This document shows, piece by piece, positions 61,445-62,096 of a stretch of 62,096 nucleotides of DNA (position 1 is its first letter; each line of letters begins with the position of its first letter). The stretch is from the IMG/VR virus record IMGVR_UViG_3300034108_002091; one strand, given 5' to 3'. The stretch is from an uncultured virus (IMG/VR IMGVR_UViG_3300034108_002091) (taxonomy: Duplodnaviria; Heunggongvirae; Uroviricota; Caudoviricetes). The notes beneath the pieces were generated by a model, which was not told the DNA's origin, did no database searches, and was given only the letters and a program-made list of their open reading frames with translations. Position numbers and translations under genes: made by a program.

Positions 61445-62096
61445 ATGAGTTTTACTGTTGCTAGTTCTGTAATAACCCAAACAAATGAGTCGGGCATTTC
61501 GATTACGGCTGCATCTTCTATTCCTGAGGGCGTGCGCTTTACTTGTACGCAGGCATACGCCGCTGGCAATGTGGTGAGGATTACAGGAACTACAAATTAC
61601 AACGGGAATTGGATGGTCAACTCTGCAACCAGCACGACGTTTGACGTTCTGGAAAGCGCACAAGGAACAGGAATCACTTTTGTTTCCAGCCAATCCGGTA
61701 CAGCGGCGCGAGGTGATTCAAGTCTTTCCGGACTAACTGGTTTGGCGGGCGTGACTACTTTATCAATCGACGCCTCATCCGGGTATGTCGTTTACTTGCT
61801 TGCGGATAACGTGAAGCTGCAAGTCAATGGTACTCTAATCATTGGCGGTCTGCGAGAAATCAACACGACGCGCCTTGGGCATAATGAACAATTGGTAATA
61901 GGTCAGAACGCAATCAGCACAGGGCAACCAGTGCTTCGCGTTGGAAGTGGTGGCGTTCTGGTGGTTGGATGCCGGTACACGAACACCGTCAATTACACCG
62001 GGTCAAGCGCACCGCAATACACCGACGGGATTAGCGCCCAAGTCCTGATTTACCAAAAGGGCCAGTACGGGCGAAGCACCGCCGACGGCGACGGGG
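61445..62096 (+). CDS. Tail/fibre-like protein (3'-truncated)
   Basis: Open to the window end; S/T/G-rich; MSFTVASSVITQ..AGNVVRITGTTNYNGNWMVNSATSTTFDV. Confidence 0.65.
   Translation, partial: MSFTVASSVITQTNESGISITAASSIPEGVRFTCTQAYAAGNVVRITGTTNYNGNWMVNSATSTTFDVLESAQGTGITFVSSQSGTAARGDSSLSGLTGLAGVTTLSIDASSGYVVYLLADNVKLQVNGTLIIGGLREINTTRLGHNEQLVIGQNAISTGQPVLRVGSGGVLVVGCRYTNTVNYTGSSAPQYTDGISAQVLIYQKGQYGRSTADGDG

Noticed and set aside
1..62096. Stop-codon reassignment as in some crAss-like phages
   Set aside because: Long genes are intact under code 11, TAG and TGA both end real genes, and no suppressor tRNA was seen.
1..62096. CRISPR array or diversity-generating retroelement
   Set aside because: No regularly spaced repeats, reverse transcriptase or template/variable repeat pair was seen.

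Overview
The window is a 62-kb segment of a large dsDNA phage genome. The host is most likely Bacteroidota, judged from TAnnTTTG promoters, AT-rich translation starts, an Arm-type integrase and a T9SS C-terminal domain. The architecture is crAss-like. (1) 1-4250 (+): 3' part of a giant virion cargo-type protein with a zincin-like and a PD-(D/E)xK motif. (2) 4576-6150: excisionase, tyrosine integrase and an attP-like site whose core is the 3' end of a tRNA, so the phage looks temperate. (3) About 6.1-51 kb, almost all on the minus strand: replication and nucleotide genes (PolB, primase, DnaB-like, SF2 and Dda-like helicases, SSB-like, Sak4-like ATPase, UDG, PD-(D/E)xK and GIY-YIG nucleases, PAPS-reductase family, N6A methyltransferase) with a five-gene PRTRC ubiquitin-like module (E, C/Ubl, F, B/E2-like, ThiF/E1). 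This arm also has many small ORFs, RadC, a ClpX-like ATPase, three aberrant tRNA-like genes, a boxA-like motif and a ~570-nt heavily base-paired ORF-free region. (4) A divergence point with a strong G/C skew switch at about 51.1 kb. (5) A plus-strand arm with small genes, a delta-60 propeller protein, a DUF1800/DUF1501 pair, an ArsR regulator, a candidate sRNA and the start of a tail-like gene. All family assignments come from motif recognition by eye, not database searches.
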